Positions 10,606 to 19,930 of a stretch of DNA of 64,000 nt are shown piece by piece. The notes beneath the pieces were generated by a model. The model searched no databases. It saw only the letters and a program-made list of their open reading frames with translations, and was not told the origin of the DNA. The stretch comes from Patescibacteria group bacterium. GTDB lineage: Bacteria > Patescibacteriota > Patescibacteriia > Magasanikbacterales > GWA2-37-8. The position numbers were made by a program, and so were the translations under genes. The stretch is from positions 40,262 through 104,261 of the forward strand of contig JAQWDH010000002.1 of NCBI GenBank assembly GCA_028705565.1. Direction: 5' to 3'. Numbering within the stretch: the stretch's first letter is position 1; every line of letters begins with the position of its first letter.

Positions 10606-10621
10606 ATTCCTGCCAACAGGC
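10606..10621 (-). promoter_or_regulatory. 5' UTR hairpin or palindrome CCTGCC-N4-GGCAGG immediately upstream of the rpsL start
   Basis: Perfect 6-bp arms. The same motif recurs upstream of another gene start at 36858-36873 and inside repeat elements. Confidence 0.4.
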
Positions 10622-10786
10622 AGGTTATAAATTTTAATTTTTAAATTAAGTAAAAAAAATACTGAACGGAAAGCTCAGCCACGAGTTTATATCTGATACG
10701 TTCTAAATAAGAGTATACTTGAAAACGAAAATTATGTCAAGAGCCGAAAAGAACCCGAGAAAACCGAATTATTTTTCGGTAATTTT

Positions 10787-11158
10787 TTAGATTATTTCAA
10801 CGCGGTCGCACCCTAATTGCTTGAGTTTATCTTGTATTTTTGATATTACATTTTGTTTTTGCCGCGATATTTTTTCAATCTTTAAAATTCTTTCCGAGTC
10901 ATCATCCTCTTGCGCTGTTTGTTTGGCTTCTTCTACCATTCTATCAAATTCACTTCCGTCAATTTTAAATATCCCATTCTCTAAAACGACCATGCTGCTT
11001 GGCCAAATAGCTTCGCCATGTGGATCGGCTTCTTCGTTAATGAATTTATTTAGCAACTGATTAATTTCCGGATCGTAGTCAAGTTGATTATATATTGATT
11101 CAAGATTAATCTTATTCCTCTCTTGCGGAGAAATTGTGTCTTTAAATTTTTCTGCCAT
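10787..11158 (-). CDS. hypothetical protein (acidic, 123 aa)
   Basis: ORF with no recognisable motif. Confidence 0.4.
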   Translation of the reverse strand: MAEKFKDTISPQERNKINLESIYNQLDYDPEINQLLNKFINEEADPHGEAIWPSSMVVLENGIFKIDGSEFDRMVEEAKQTAQEDDDSERILKIEKISRQKQNVISKIQDKLKQLGCDRVEII

Positions 11159-11299
11159 AATATTTTGGTTAAATTTAAAACAATTAAATTATACCGCAAG
11201 TTGCGCCGACCGTAAAGTATTATAAAAATTTTCGGATATAACGCATAACGTACGCATAAATGAGGTGCCGCCTTAACAATATGGGTGGAGCGAAGCGAA

Positions 11300-11420
11300 A
11301 CCGAATACACGCTGTTAGGCGATGCAAAATTTTACGCTTTTTGTTTTTTTCGCTCGCCATTAAATCTTGAGTGGCAGGGGGGGGGCGTCGATCACTATGG
11401 CGAAGGGGATGGCCCCTCGT
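11300..11420. repeat. Repeat element copy A with a G9 homopolymer tract. It shares ~75 nt (gctgttaggcg...ttttacgctttttgttttttt...G-tract...cgtcgatcactatggcgaagggg) with copy B at 14590-14745.
   Basis: Direct sequence comparison of the two regions. The G-tract is striking in an AT-rich genome. The copy overlaps the last codons of the 11395..13401 ORF. Confidence 0.6.
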
Positions 11421-13401
11421 TGTAACTTGCCGTGTTTATCCAGGTATGCTCATTTTTATTCCACAAAATTTTATTATTAATTTGCGCGCTACTTACGGTT
11501 ATTTCAGAAGTATTTTTTAAATATTCATCTCTTATTTCACAAATTATTTTTTTTGTTCCGCTTAATATTAAATCAGAATTACCATCTTTATTTGTATCTT
11601 TATATTCACTCGCCAATTTATCATTGGAAAAAATTTCTCCGCAATTACCGTATCCGTATTTTTTAAAATTGTCAGGCGACCATTTGATATCAGGGTTGAT
11701 GTCAACTGCATGGGTTTCAAACAATAAATTTAGCTTATCATTTTTAATTTCATAAATATATAAAGAACCATGACCAACATGCGTTAATCCATAAATCTCC
11801 ACTAATGGATTACCAAAACCTTCTAAACTAATAAATCTTGCCGATAAAATAGCCTGCTCACCAGGTAATTTATCTATTGGCAGCCAATTTATATTTTTAT
11901 TCTTGACATTACCAACTTTTATTTCTTCCCACCAGTCTCTCTCCCATTCTATTTGCGCCAAAAAATATTTTTTATTTTGGCTATATGTTAATTCAATGTC
12001 TTCCAGTTGTTCACTTTGCCCTTTCACAATTTGATCTTTTATTTTATTCTCCAATGAATAGACAATACTGCCATTCAAAAATAACGGCAATATCATGATT
12101 AATAAAATTGACCAAAGGCGAATTATTCCTAGCTTTTTGTCTTTTTTTACACCTTTCTTATATATATTCCAAACATTATCTACGTATTCTTGTTTACCAG
12201 GGCCGTATTTTAAGACAGCTTCTTGCCATGATTTCCAATATCTTTTATTATCAGGGGTTATACCTTGAGCTTTGTGATAAAGCCATCTTACACCCCAATT
12301 AATACTGTCCTTGACTGTTTCCACCTTAGCATCATATTTTAAAAGTATTGTTTTACCATTATGAATCCAATATTCCGGAAGCTCTCCTCTTAGGGTTAAT
12401 ATTGACGGATCACCTCCATTTCCAACTTGCATGACATTTGATCCAGCCATTTTATCAAACCCCACTCTGCTTTCTTGGTACATTATCGCCTTCACTAAAT
12501 TAGGATCTAAAAATTCGCTGGGTGGATCAGTATCTTTCAAAAATTCATTATTCCAGTAAGTGACCGCTTCTGCTATTATCGCGTCATATCGGTTATAATC
12601 TTCCTTGCACCCAACACCCCCGCATGTATAAAGTCTAGTAATTGCTTCATTATTTTCGCCATTACTATTATTAGTAGCCAAAACCATTATTTCAATCTTT
12701 TTTAAAGTTGGACTTTTGTCCGCCCACAGCTCAATAAAATGTTTTCCTTTCCCCAAATTCAACTCTTTTGTATATTCCCTTTCATTCCCTTTTAACATTT
12801 TTCCACACCAATACCAATCTTTATGCGAATTTTTATTTTCGTTTTCTTCTACTTTGCCGTCAACAACCACTTTAATATCATCGTCATCTCTTTTTAATTT
12901 ATTCGCGCTTGCAACGATATGGAGTTTTTTAATGGCTAAATTTTGTAAAACATAATTTATCCATGGCCTCCTGTCTCCTTTTTCTGGTGGATTATTATTT
13001 AATGGAGAATAAATTATTGTTTGGTTATCCATTTCTTCCAATTCCATTATATTGATGCTTTCTAAACTTGGACTTTGGTCAGGCCGCAATCGAAGAGTGT
13101 GCCCGCCTTTCTTTAAAATGGTGGCAACCAGTACTATTTTTGATAATCCTTTTAACTCATTGCCGTTCCAAATTGCTTTAACATCAATGTCCTTGCTGTT
13201 TGAAGTAAAAATTTCAGTATTGTCTAAATACAAAATTATATCATCATCTTTAAAAAAAGATCTAAAACTTTTAAAGTTTTGCCACCAGCTTTTTGCTTTG
13301 GCTATTACTTCAATCAAATAAACACCCTCATTTGTTTCAAAAAAATAAAAAAAATCTTCTTTTATTTCTTTGTTTATTTTTTGGCTATGAAGTAATTTCA
13401 T
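11395..13401 (-). CDS. large multidomain protein with two internal repeated modules, a lytic-transglycosylase (SLT)-like motif (AIMYQESRVGFD), a central transmembrane helix and a C-terminal domain
   Basis: The ES-containing motif resembles the SLT catalytic glutamate region. A hydrophobic segment LGIIRLWSILLIMILPLFL is present. The C-terminal residues read into repeat element A. Confidence 0.5.
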   Translation of the reverse strand: MKLLHSQKINKEIKEDFFYFFETNEGVYLIEVIAKAKSWWQNFKSFRSFFKDDDIILYLDNTEIFTSNSKDIDVKAIWNGNELKGLSKIVLVATILKKGGHTLRLRPDQSPSLESINIMELEEMDNQTIIYSPLNNNPPEKGDRRPWINYVLQNLAIKKLHIVASANKLKRDDDDIKVVVDGKVEENENKNSHKDWYWCGKMLKGNEREYTKELNLGKGKHFIELWADKSPTLKKIEIMVLATNNSNGENNEAITRLYTCGGVGCKEDYNRYDAIIAEAVTYWNNEFLKDTDPPSEFLDPNLVKAIMYQESRVGFDKMAGSNVMQVGNGGDPSILTLRGELPEYWIHNGKTILLKYDAKVETVKDSINWGVRWLYHKAQGITPDNKRYWKSWQEAVLKYGPGKQEYVDNVWNIYKKGVKKDKKLGIIRLWSILLIMILPLFLNGSIVYSLENKIKDQIVKGQSEQLEDIELTYSQNKKYFLAQIEWERDWWEEIKVGNVKNKNINWLPIDKLPGEQAILSARFISLEGFGNPLVEIYGLTHVGHGSLYIYEIKNDKLNLLFETHAVDINPDIKWSPDNFKKYGYGNCGEIFSNDKLASEYKDTNKDGNSDLILSGTKKIICEIRDEYLKNTSEITVSSAQINNKILWNKNEHTWINTASYNEGPSPSP

Positions 13402-13527
13402 ATTTTATATTAATAAGAAATAATCTAATAGACCTTAGCATGTCTTTAAACTGCTTTTTTTATTTGTCAAAAAATCGTTCTGAAAAAAAACAAAAATATT
13501 TCTTTAAAATTTCAACTAACGTTATTC

Positions 13528-13692
13528 GGGACTGTCGCCGAATATGTTTGTCATTCCCGCCCCGTCATCCGACGGGGTAAACTCCAATTATTGTCATTCC
13601 CGCGAAAGCGGGAATCCATGTAATCGAACGATGGATTCCCGCTTTCGCGGGAATGACATAATAAACGATTTTTGTTATTCGGCGACAGTCCC
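13528..13692. mobile_element. MITE-like palindromic element (~165 bp) with 16-bp terminal inverted repeats (ggactgtcgccgaata / tattcggcgacagtcc) and internal gtcattcccgcgaaagcgggaatcc palindromes
   Basis: TIRs and internal palindrome read from the sequence. Other copies are at 46030-46165, inside tgt at 20351-20417, and as fragments elsewhere. Confidence 0.65.
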
Positions 13693-13820
13693 TATTCATA
13701 TCTGAAGTTTTTACGGAACGTAGCGAGGCAAAAATTTGGGTGGAGGCTCGCCAGAGGCGAACCGTAACCAGGTATGAGTTGTTGGGAGAGGCTTTAGCCC
13801 TTGATTTTGAATTTTAGCCA

Positions 13821-14412
13821 TCAATCCAAATGCTCCTTGCAATTAAAGACACACGTTTTATGATTTTTATCTTCATCAATTTCAAAAATACAGATACTCG
13901 TATTGTGTAAGTTTTCAATTGATTTTATAGCATCAGGCGTTTTATTTGTTATTACAGCTATTAATGCCTTGTTTATGCTATTATGTCCTGCAAATAAAAC
14001 GGTGTCTTTTGAATGTTTTGTTAAAATGTTATACAAGAACTTTTTAGCGCGATTGAATAATTCTTCAAATGTTTCGCCATCTTTGGGAGAAATTCCCGCA
14101 ATACTTAGAGTTTTTGGGAATCCAAGTTCAGTTTTACTTTTGCCTTGCCATTCTCCTAAATATTTTTCTCTCAATTCTTTAACAAACTCAATCGGAACAG
14201 TTAAATGAAATTTTGCAATTTCTTTCGCGGTATCTGAAGTTCTTGCCAAATCACTTGAATATATAAAATCAATTTTTTCATCTTTTAATCTTAACGCGAC
14301 TTTCTTTGCTTGAACAATGCCTATATTTGAAAGTTTGCCAGGCAAGTGCCCTTGAATAATTCCAGCGGCATTTTCTTCTGTTTCGCCATGTCTTGTGATA
14401 ATGAGTTTCATA
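13821..14412 (-). CDS. histidine phosphatase superfamily protein (phosphoglycerate-mutase-like)
   Basis: RHGE catalytic motif (MKLIITRHGETEEN). Start set at the internal Met at 14412. Confidence 0.7.
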
Positions 14413-14589
14413 CAGGGAAGATAAAAATCATAAAATGTATGTCTTTTGTAATCGCATTTGGATTGATGGCCAAAATTCAAATTTCGCCTAACGTTCGCCG
14501 ATATGCGCTGTTTCGCACATTCCATTAAAATTAAATTTGTGCGAAATATGGGTGAGAGAAAAAGTGTATCCGCTGAAAATTATTTACAC

Positions 14590-14745
14590 TTTTTCTTGAA
14601 CCGCATATCGGCTGTTAGGCGTTGTAAAATTTTTACACTTTTTGTTTTTTCGTTCACTCACGGGGGGGGTAGGGGGGGGGCGTCAATCACTATGGCGAAA
14701 GGGGGTAGAGGCCTGCCGGTAGGCAGGGGTAAGGGTGAATGCCCC
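14590..14745. repeat. Repeat element copy B with two G8-G9 tracts and a gcctgccggtaggcagg palindrome; related to copy A at 11300-11420
   Basis: Sequence comparison with copy A. It lies between the Fic gene stop and the phosphatase start. Confidence 0.6.
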
Positions 14746-14765
14746 CTGTAGTAGCCATCATTTTA

Positions 14766-15821
14766 TCAGTTGGCAATGTAGGCGGTGGTTTTTCCTTTTC
14801 CTGTTGCTTTAATCATTTTAATTTTCTTTAATTTTTGTAATTGTAATTGTGCGGATCGGCGCGGGCAAGATAAAATGTCCTCGACATCTTTAACGGCGAT
14901 GCGACCGACCTGATCTAAAAAGTCAATAATTTTTAGTTGTTCGGGAGTAAGGTAAATTTGTGATTTGATTTTTCCATCAACATTACGGGTGGATAATGGC
15001 AGGACTTTGTTTTTTACCTCATCAATTTCTTTTTTGAACCCTTTTACAAAATATTCCAACCACGATGTAATGTCTGTGCGTCGTTCATCATAAGTTTTGC
15101 CTAAGTTTATGGCGTTATAATATGACTGGCGGTCAGTGTTATAATAATCCTCTAAAGCAAACAAACGCCGAAAATCATATCCGCGCTGATAAAGTATTAA
15201 GGTGGCTAAAGCGCGAGCCGTACGGCCGTTGCCGTCGTTAAATGGGTGAATGGCGGCAATTTCCATGTGAGCAATAGCAGCTACAAGCACGGGGCTTATT
15301 TCTTGCATTTCGCTTTCTGTAAGCCATGCCACAAACTCAGACATTAGTTGGGGTACCTTTTTGGCCTCTGGCCCGGTATACAAGGTTTCTTGGGGTATAC
15401 CCAAACGACGGCGGACAACAAAAATTGGTCCGGGTCGGTAATGGCCACAGAATTGAGGTGCTAAAGTTTTATTGGCGACTAATTTATGTATTTTTAAAAT
15501 TATTTTTTCAGTTATTGGTTTATGTTCAGTTACAACTTTTTCAATAAAATTAAGAGCATTGAGATAATTTTTTACTTCGTAAATATCCCGGTCGGGCGCG
15601 TCTATTTTTTTCTTGGCATAAAGCGCCTCTACTTGCCCCATGTTTAATTTATTGCCCTCAATCTCGGTGGAGTGGTGGGTCATGCGGATAATCGCTTGTC
15701 GGCGCAATTTTATCTCTTGTTGTGGTAAAATTTTAGCACGATCAATAATGCCTTTTGCCTCGGCGATAGCAGTAAGGTCGCGTAAAATTTTATTGGTGTG
15801 TTTGTATTTGGGGGCAAACAT
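14766..15821 (-). CDS. Fic/Doc family protein (Fido domain, C-terminal winged-helix)
   Basis: Contains the canonical Fic motif HPFNDGNGRTAR. Confidence 0.85.
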   Translation of the reverse strand: MFAPKYKHTNKILRDLTAIAEAKGIIDRAKILPQQEIKLRRQAIIRMTHHSTEIEGNKLNMGQVEALYAKKKIDAPDRDIYEVKNYLNALNFIEKVVTEHKPITEKIILKIHKLVANKTLAPQFCGHYRPGPIFVVRRRLGIPQETLYTGPEAKKVPQLMSEFVAWLTESEMQEISPVLVAAIAHMEIAAIHPFNDGNGRTARALATLILYQRGYDFRRLFALEDYYNTDRQSYYNAINLGKTYDERRTDITSWLEYFVKGFKKEIDEVKNKVLPLSTRNVDGKIKSQIYLTPEQLKIIDFLDQVGRIAVKDVEDILSCPRRSAQLQLQKLKKIKMIKATGKGKTTAYIAN

Positions 15822-16103
15822 ATTATAAAATAATGGTGTTTAAGTTACACTGGCATTATACCACAAAACAGCGATTCGCGCAAGATTCGCGCAAGATTCG
15901 CGCAAAGAAAATTGCTTTTTTGGTAGAGCGGATAGATGGTGGCAAACGTCCGTGTTTCTAATATCACATTTCATACTTAATCATTACTGTGTCGCTAACT
16001 TACTAAATAAATTTGATAGCCACAAGAAAAATCGCTTAATTAATGATATTTTCTGTGGTTGTTGTTCCGGTGTGGATGAGACATTTTGAGTTGATGAAGT
16101 GTT

Positions 16104-16510
16104 TTATTTAATAACAACGGATTCTTGCTGCGGAGACACCTGCGGTTGGTCAGTAGTTTTTTGCGTATTTTGGTTTGGTGTGGGTGTAACAAGATTACTG
16201 TTTTCGTCAACATTTGGAATAAACAATTTTAGAGAGCCGAGTTTTTTTAAATCTATGTCTTCCAAAACTGAAACGCGAGAGTAATTGTTATTAGTGTTGC
16301 CAGAAGCAACAGCTGAATTATTAAGCCACGCTCTGATTGTATTTATAGATAAGATGTAGCCCATTGCGTTGAGTTCGCCTTTGACTACAGCAGACGGTAT
16401 GCCAATGTATGTGCCATTTTTTAGATAAACGCCACCACCGGAATTACCATATTCAAGTATGGCGGTAGTTTTTAGGTAGCCACCATCATTTGTGTAACCA
16501 GATATTTGGT
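16104..16510 (-). pseudogene. Remnant of a trypsin-like (S1/HtrA-type) serine protease; only the C-terminal part with the GNSGG active-site serine box is present
   Basis: The open frame from 16510 translates to ...GYTNDGGYLKTTAILEYGNSGGGVYLKNGTYIGIP.... An in-frame stop lies at 16511-16513. No upstream His/Asp catalytic region is seen. Confidence 0.4.
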
Positions 16511-16673
16511 GTTAGACGATGTGCCGAACTCTTTATTTTCTTTCGGCATTTCATCTAACTATTAATAAACGAACTCTTGGCGATATTGGCGGAGAGATGC
16601 TAAAATTTTATCATTAACTTTAATTCAGAACGGACAATGGGCTACGGACGATAGACAATGGACAAATGTCCGT

Positions 16674-16940
16674 CTATTGTTTCGTTTTGTTTTTCATTTG
16701 CGATTCAATATCCGACAAACTTTTTTCTAGATTTTCTTTTTCTTTTTGTTTTTGAATATACATTTCTTTTATACTTTCTCCTGTGCCAATCACCCTCTGC
16801 CTTCCGCCTAAAAATTCATCTATTTTGCCGATTTTTTTCTTAACTTCTTCACTTTTATTTTTAAGAGCGATAAACTCTTTCAGCTCTTCATTCTCCGGCG
16901 CGTTCAAATCCATTATTATTGTTTTGTTTGCGTTTTCCAT
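16674..16940 (-). CDS. hypothetical small coiled-coil protein
   Basis: ORF only; K/E-rich. Confidence 0.35.
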   Translation of the reverse strand: MENANKTIIMDLNAPENEELKEFIALKNKSEEVKKKIGKIDEFLGGRQRVIGTGESIKEMYIQKQKEKENLEKSLSDIESQMKNKTKQ

Positions 16941-16997
16941 ATTTTTTATTTTTAAATAAGTTACTATTTTTTATATAATACAACCTATTTTTTAAAA

Positions 16998-19145
16998 TTA
17001 CAAATCGTCTAAATCGCGCAAAAAATTTCCCTTTTTTATTTTAGGCGCGTCTTCAGACACATAATGCATGTCTTCTTCGTCGTCATTTAGCGCGAGCGAG
17101 GAATGCGGAGATAAAAAAGAAGAGTCGCGCAGAAATTCCGGACTTATTTCTTCCAAAAACAAACTCGGTCCGCTCGCCCCTCCCCACCCGCCGCCGCAAA
17201 GCGGATATGTGAGGCAAAGATGTTTTTTTGCGCGCGTGACAGCGACATAAAAAAGCCGACGTTCTTCTTCCAAACCGTTTTCTTCACGCAACGCCATATC
17301 GCTCGGAAACGCCCCGCGCGATAAATTGATTATGAATACCGCCGTCCATTCCAGCCCTTTCGCTTGGTGAATGGTGGAAAGAATAATTTTACCGCCACTT
17401 CCGCTTTTTGCTCCAACCAATTCAGACTCCAATGCCCCTTTTGTTTGTTCTTTATATTGGGACTGCCTGTTTCCCAAATTAAACGATTCAAACAAGCTCG
17501 CTTCGGACAAAAACAAATTCAAATCATCGTATTTTTTCGCGAACTCGGCAAGTTGGATAATATCGTCCAATCTTTCTTTGCCATCAGTGAATTCCGATAA
17601 AACATACTCTTTGTATCGCGAATCCAAAAGCGCGAAAACGAGTTCTGACGGATTTTTAATTTCAACGGCTGAAAGCAAATCCAGAATCGCGGTAAAACTC
17701 ACCCAACCCTCCTTGGCTTTTTCGCCCAAAATTTCAAATCCGATATTTTTTATTTCTTCAAGAGCGTTTTCTCCCTCCGTAATTTCAACTGCGGAATCGC
17801 TGTCTTCTTTTTTATTCGCTCCGACGCGCGCCGACACGATTTTAATTGCTTCAATTATTTTTTCCGCCGTAACCGGACCGATGCCTTCTTGTTTCAACAG
17901 CACTCTCAACCACGCGGCTGCGTCCGCGATATTATTCATCACTCTTAAAAAAGCCAAAGCATCTTTAATGTGCGCCCGCTCAAAAAAACGCATACCTCCG
18001 CGATAATCATACGGAACGCCGGATTTCATAAGTTCCATTTCCAACGGCTGTGAATGGTGGGAAGCGCGAAAAAGCACCGCGATTTCCTCTGGTAAAGTTC
18101 CCGCCCCCAAAAGCTCCCTGATTTTTTTGGCGACAAAAACAGCTTCGTTTTCTTGGTCATAATGCGGTTTTAATTCGGGTTTGATTCCTGTCGGCGACGA
18201 CGCGCTTTTCAATTCTTTTTTAAATTGCCTGCGATTATTATTTATAGATTCGTTCGCCAAATCCAAAATCTCAGGCGCGGAGCGGTAATTCGTCGTTAAT
18301 TTGAAAATTTTAGCGCCAGGATAAATTTTTTCAAATCTTAAAATATTCTGGATGTCTGCCGCGCGAAAAGAATAAATGCTCTGAGCGTCATCGCCGACCA
18401 CAAAAATATTATTGTGTTTTGAAGCCAGCAACCGAACAATCTCGGCTTGAATTTTATTCGTGTCTTGAAATTCATCAACTAAAATATACTGGAATTGGTC
18501 CGCGAATTTTTCCAAAACACCGCGCTCTTTTTCAAATAAAATTTTCAAATTTATCAACAAATCGTCAAAATCCATCGCCTGCGCTTCTTTTTTCTTCATT
18601 TTATAATCAGACGCGACTGTTTTTATCGTTTCCGCCAAATGCGACCATTGCGGATATTTAAAATCCAGCGCGTCTTCAATTGTCGTGTCCGAGTTTCTCG
18701 CATAACTTATCGCCGATAACAAAACCGAAGCCGAAGGAAATTTTGTTCCTGAATCCGGTCTTGTATTTTTGACGCTCAATTTTATCAAACTCTCGCTGTC
18801 GCCGCTGTCTAAAATGGAAAAATTATTTTTATATCCGAGTTTTGGAGCGTAAATTTTTAAAATTCTGTAAGCGATATGGTGAAATGTTCCAGCCCAGGGC
18901 AATTTTTCTTCCATGCCAGTTATTCTTTTAACGCGCCCAATCATCTCTTCCGCCGCTTTGTTTGTAAAAGTAACCAATAAAATATTTTCCGGCTTGATTC
19001 CTTTTTCCAAAAGATAAGCCACGCGAAAAGTGATAACTCGCGTTTTACCGGTGCCAGCGCCCGCCAAAACTAAACACGGTCCGTCTCCGAGACGAACCGC
19101 TTCAAATTGTTCTTTGTTTAATTCTTTTTCAAAATCAATCGCCAT
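16998..19145 (-). CDS. pcrA: UvrD/PcrA/Rep-family ATP-dependent DNA helicase
   Basis: 715 aa with Walker A GAGTGKT and UvrD family N-terminus (LNKEQFEAV...VLAGAGTGKTRVITFRVAYLL). Confidence 0.85.
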   Translation of the reverse strand: MAIDFEKELNKEQFEAVRLGDGPCLVLAGAGTGKTRVITFRVAYLLEKGIKPENILLVTFTNKAAEEMIGRVKRITGMEEKLPWAGTFHHIAYRILKIYAPKLGYKNNFSILDSGDSESLIKLSVKNTRPDSGTKFPSASVLLSAISYARNSDTTIEDALDFKYPQWSHLAETIKTVASDYKMKKKEAQAMDFDDLLINLKILFEKERGVLEKFADQFQYILVDEFQDTNKIQAEIVRLLASKHNNIFVVGDDAQSIYSFRAADIQNILRFEKIYPGAKIFKLTTNYRSAPEILDLANESINNNRRQFKKELKSASSPTGIKPELKPHYDQENEAVFVAKKIRELLGAGTLPEEIAVLFRASHHSQPLEMELMKSGVPYDYRGGMRFFERAHIKDALAFLRVMNNIADAAAWLRVLLKQEGIGPVTAEKIIEAIKIVSARVGANKKEDSDSAVEITEGENALEEIKNIGFEILGEKAKEGWVSFTAILDLLSAVEIKNPSELVFALLDSRYKEYVLSEFTDGKERLDDIIQLAEFAKKYDDLNLFLSEASLFESFNLGNRQSQYKEQTKGALESELVGAKSGSGGKIILSTIHQAKGLEWTAVFIINLSRGAFPSDMALREENGLEEERRLFYVAVTRAKKHLCLTYPLCGGGWGGASGPSLFLEEISPEFLRDSSFLSPHSSLALNDDEEDMHYVSEDAPKIKKGNFLRDLDDL

Positions 19146-19160
19146 AACCTATTCCGCGCG

Positions 19161-19802
19161 CTAAACTTTATGTTGCCCTTTTTCTAAAAATTTATTAAGT
19201 TTTTTACAAACATCATCAATCGTTCCTTCAAAATCGGCTTCTTTTCCTATTGGTTGATTATTTTTGTCATTAATAGGAAAAAGAACAAAACTATAACTTT
19301 CTTTTTGTTTTTTTCCATTCTTATACACCGCTCCTCCAGCTATTTTTTTCAATTCAAATTTGCGTGAACATCCATATTTATTCAATAATGTCTGCACCCT
19401 GTCTTTCGCCGTGCCTTCTATTTTTTCTTGAAATCCTCTTTCTTTGACTTTTTTTTCTTTTTTATTTATTTCTTCTTTTTTTTGAATTTGTTCAATAATA
19501 TGAGCCGTGAGCGCCGATGGCTGATGGTTTTTTTCTAAAAAATTCAACATCTGTTCTTTTTCTTTTTTCCCTTTTTCGGTCAAATTACCATCCTTGTCTA
19601 TCAAACCGTTTTTTAAAGCGTCAAGCAAATCCGCGTTATATTCATCAGCTATGCCCCATAAAGTTTTCAGGTCTTTCACAATTTTAAAACCGGAAGGCCT
19701 TCCGTCTTCATCATATAATTCAATATATTCTTTTTGTTCTTCTTTTTTATTTTCCTCCTCTTTTTTATTTAAAAAATTTTCTCCTTTAAAATTTTCGGGC
19801 AT
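19161..19802 (-). CDS. hypothetical lysine/glutamate-rich protein
   Basis: ORF only; low complexity. Confidence 0.35.
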   Translation of the reverse strand: MPENFKGENFLNKKEEENKKEEQKEYIELYDEDGRPSGFKIVKDLKTLWGIADEYNADLLDALKNGLIDKDGNLTEKGKKEKEQMLNFLEKNHQPSALTAHIIEQIQKKEEINKKEKKVKERGFQEKIEGTAKDRVQTLLNKYGCSRKFELKKIAGGAVYKNGKKQKESYSFVLFPINDKNNQPIGKEADFEGTIDDVCKKLNKFLEKGQHKV

Positions 19803-19930
19803 AAAATTAAAATTAAACAGACTATAGACTAAGGACTATTGACCATTGTCGCGGACTGTGAATCAATTGTCCAATAAATACACAATACCACAATCTTGCT
19901 TTTTGAGTCAAAAAATGATATATATACGAG

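Noticed and set aside
11300-14745. Possibility that the two related repeat copies (A and B) are a DGR template/variable repeat pair
   Set aside because: Differences between the copies are not confined to adenines, and no reverse transcriptase gene is present in the window.
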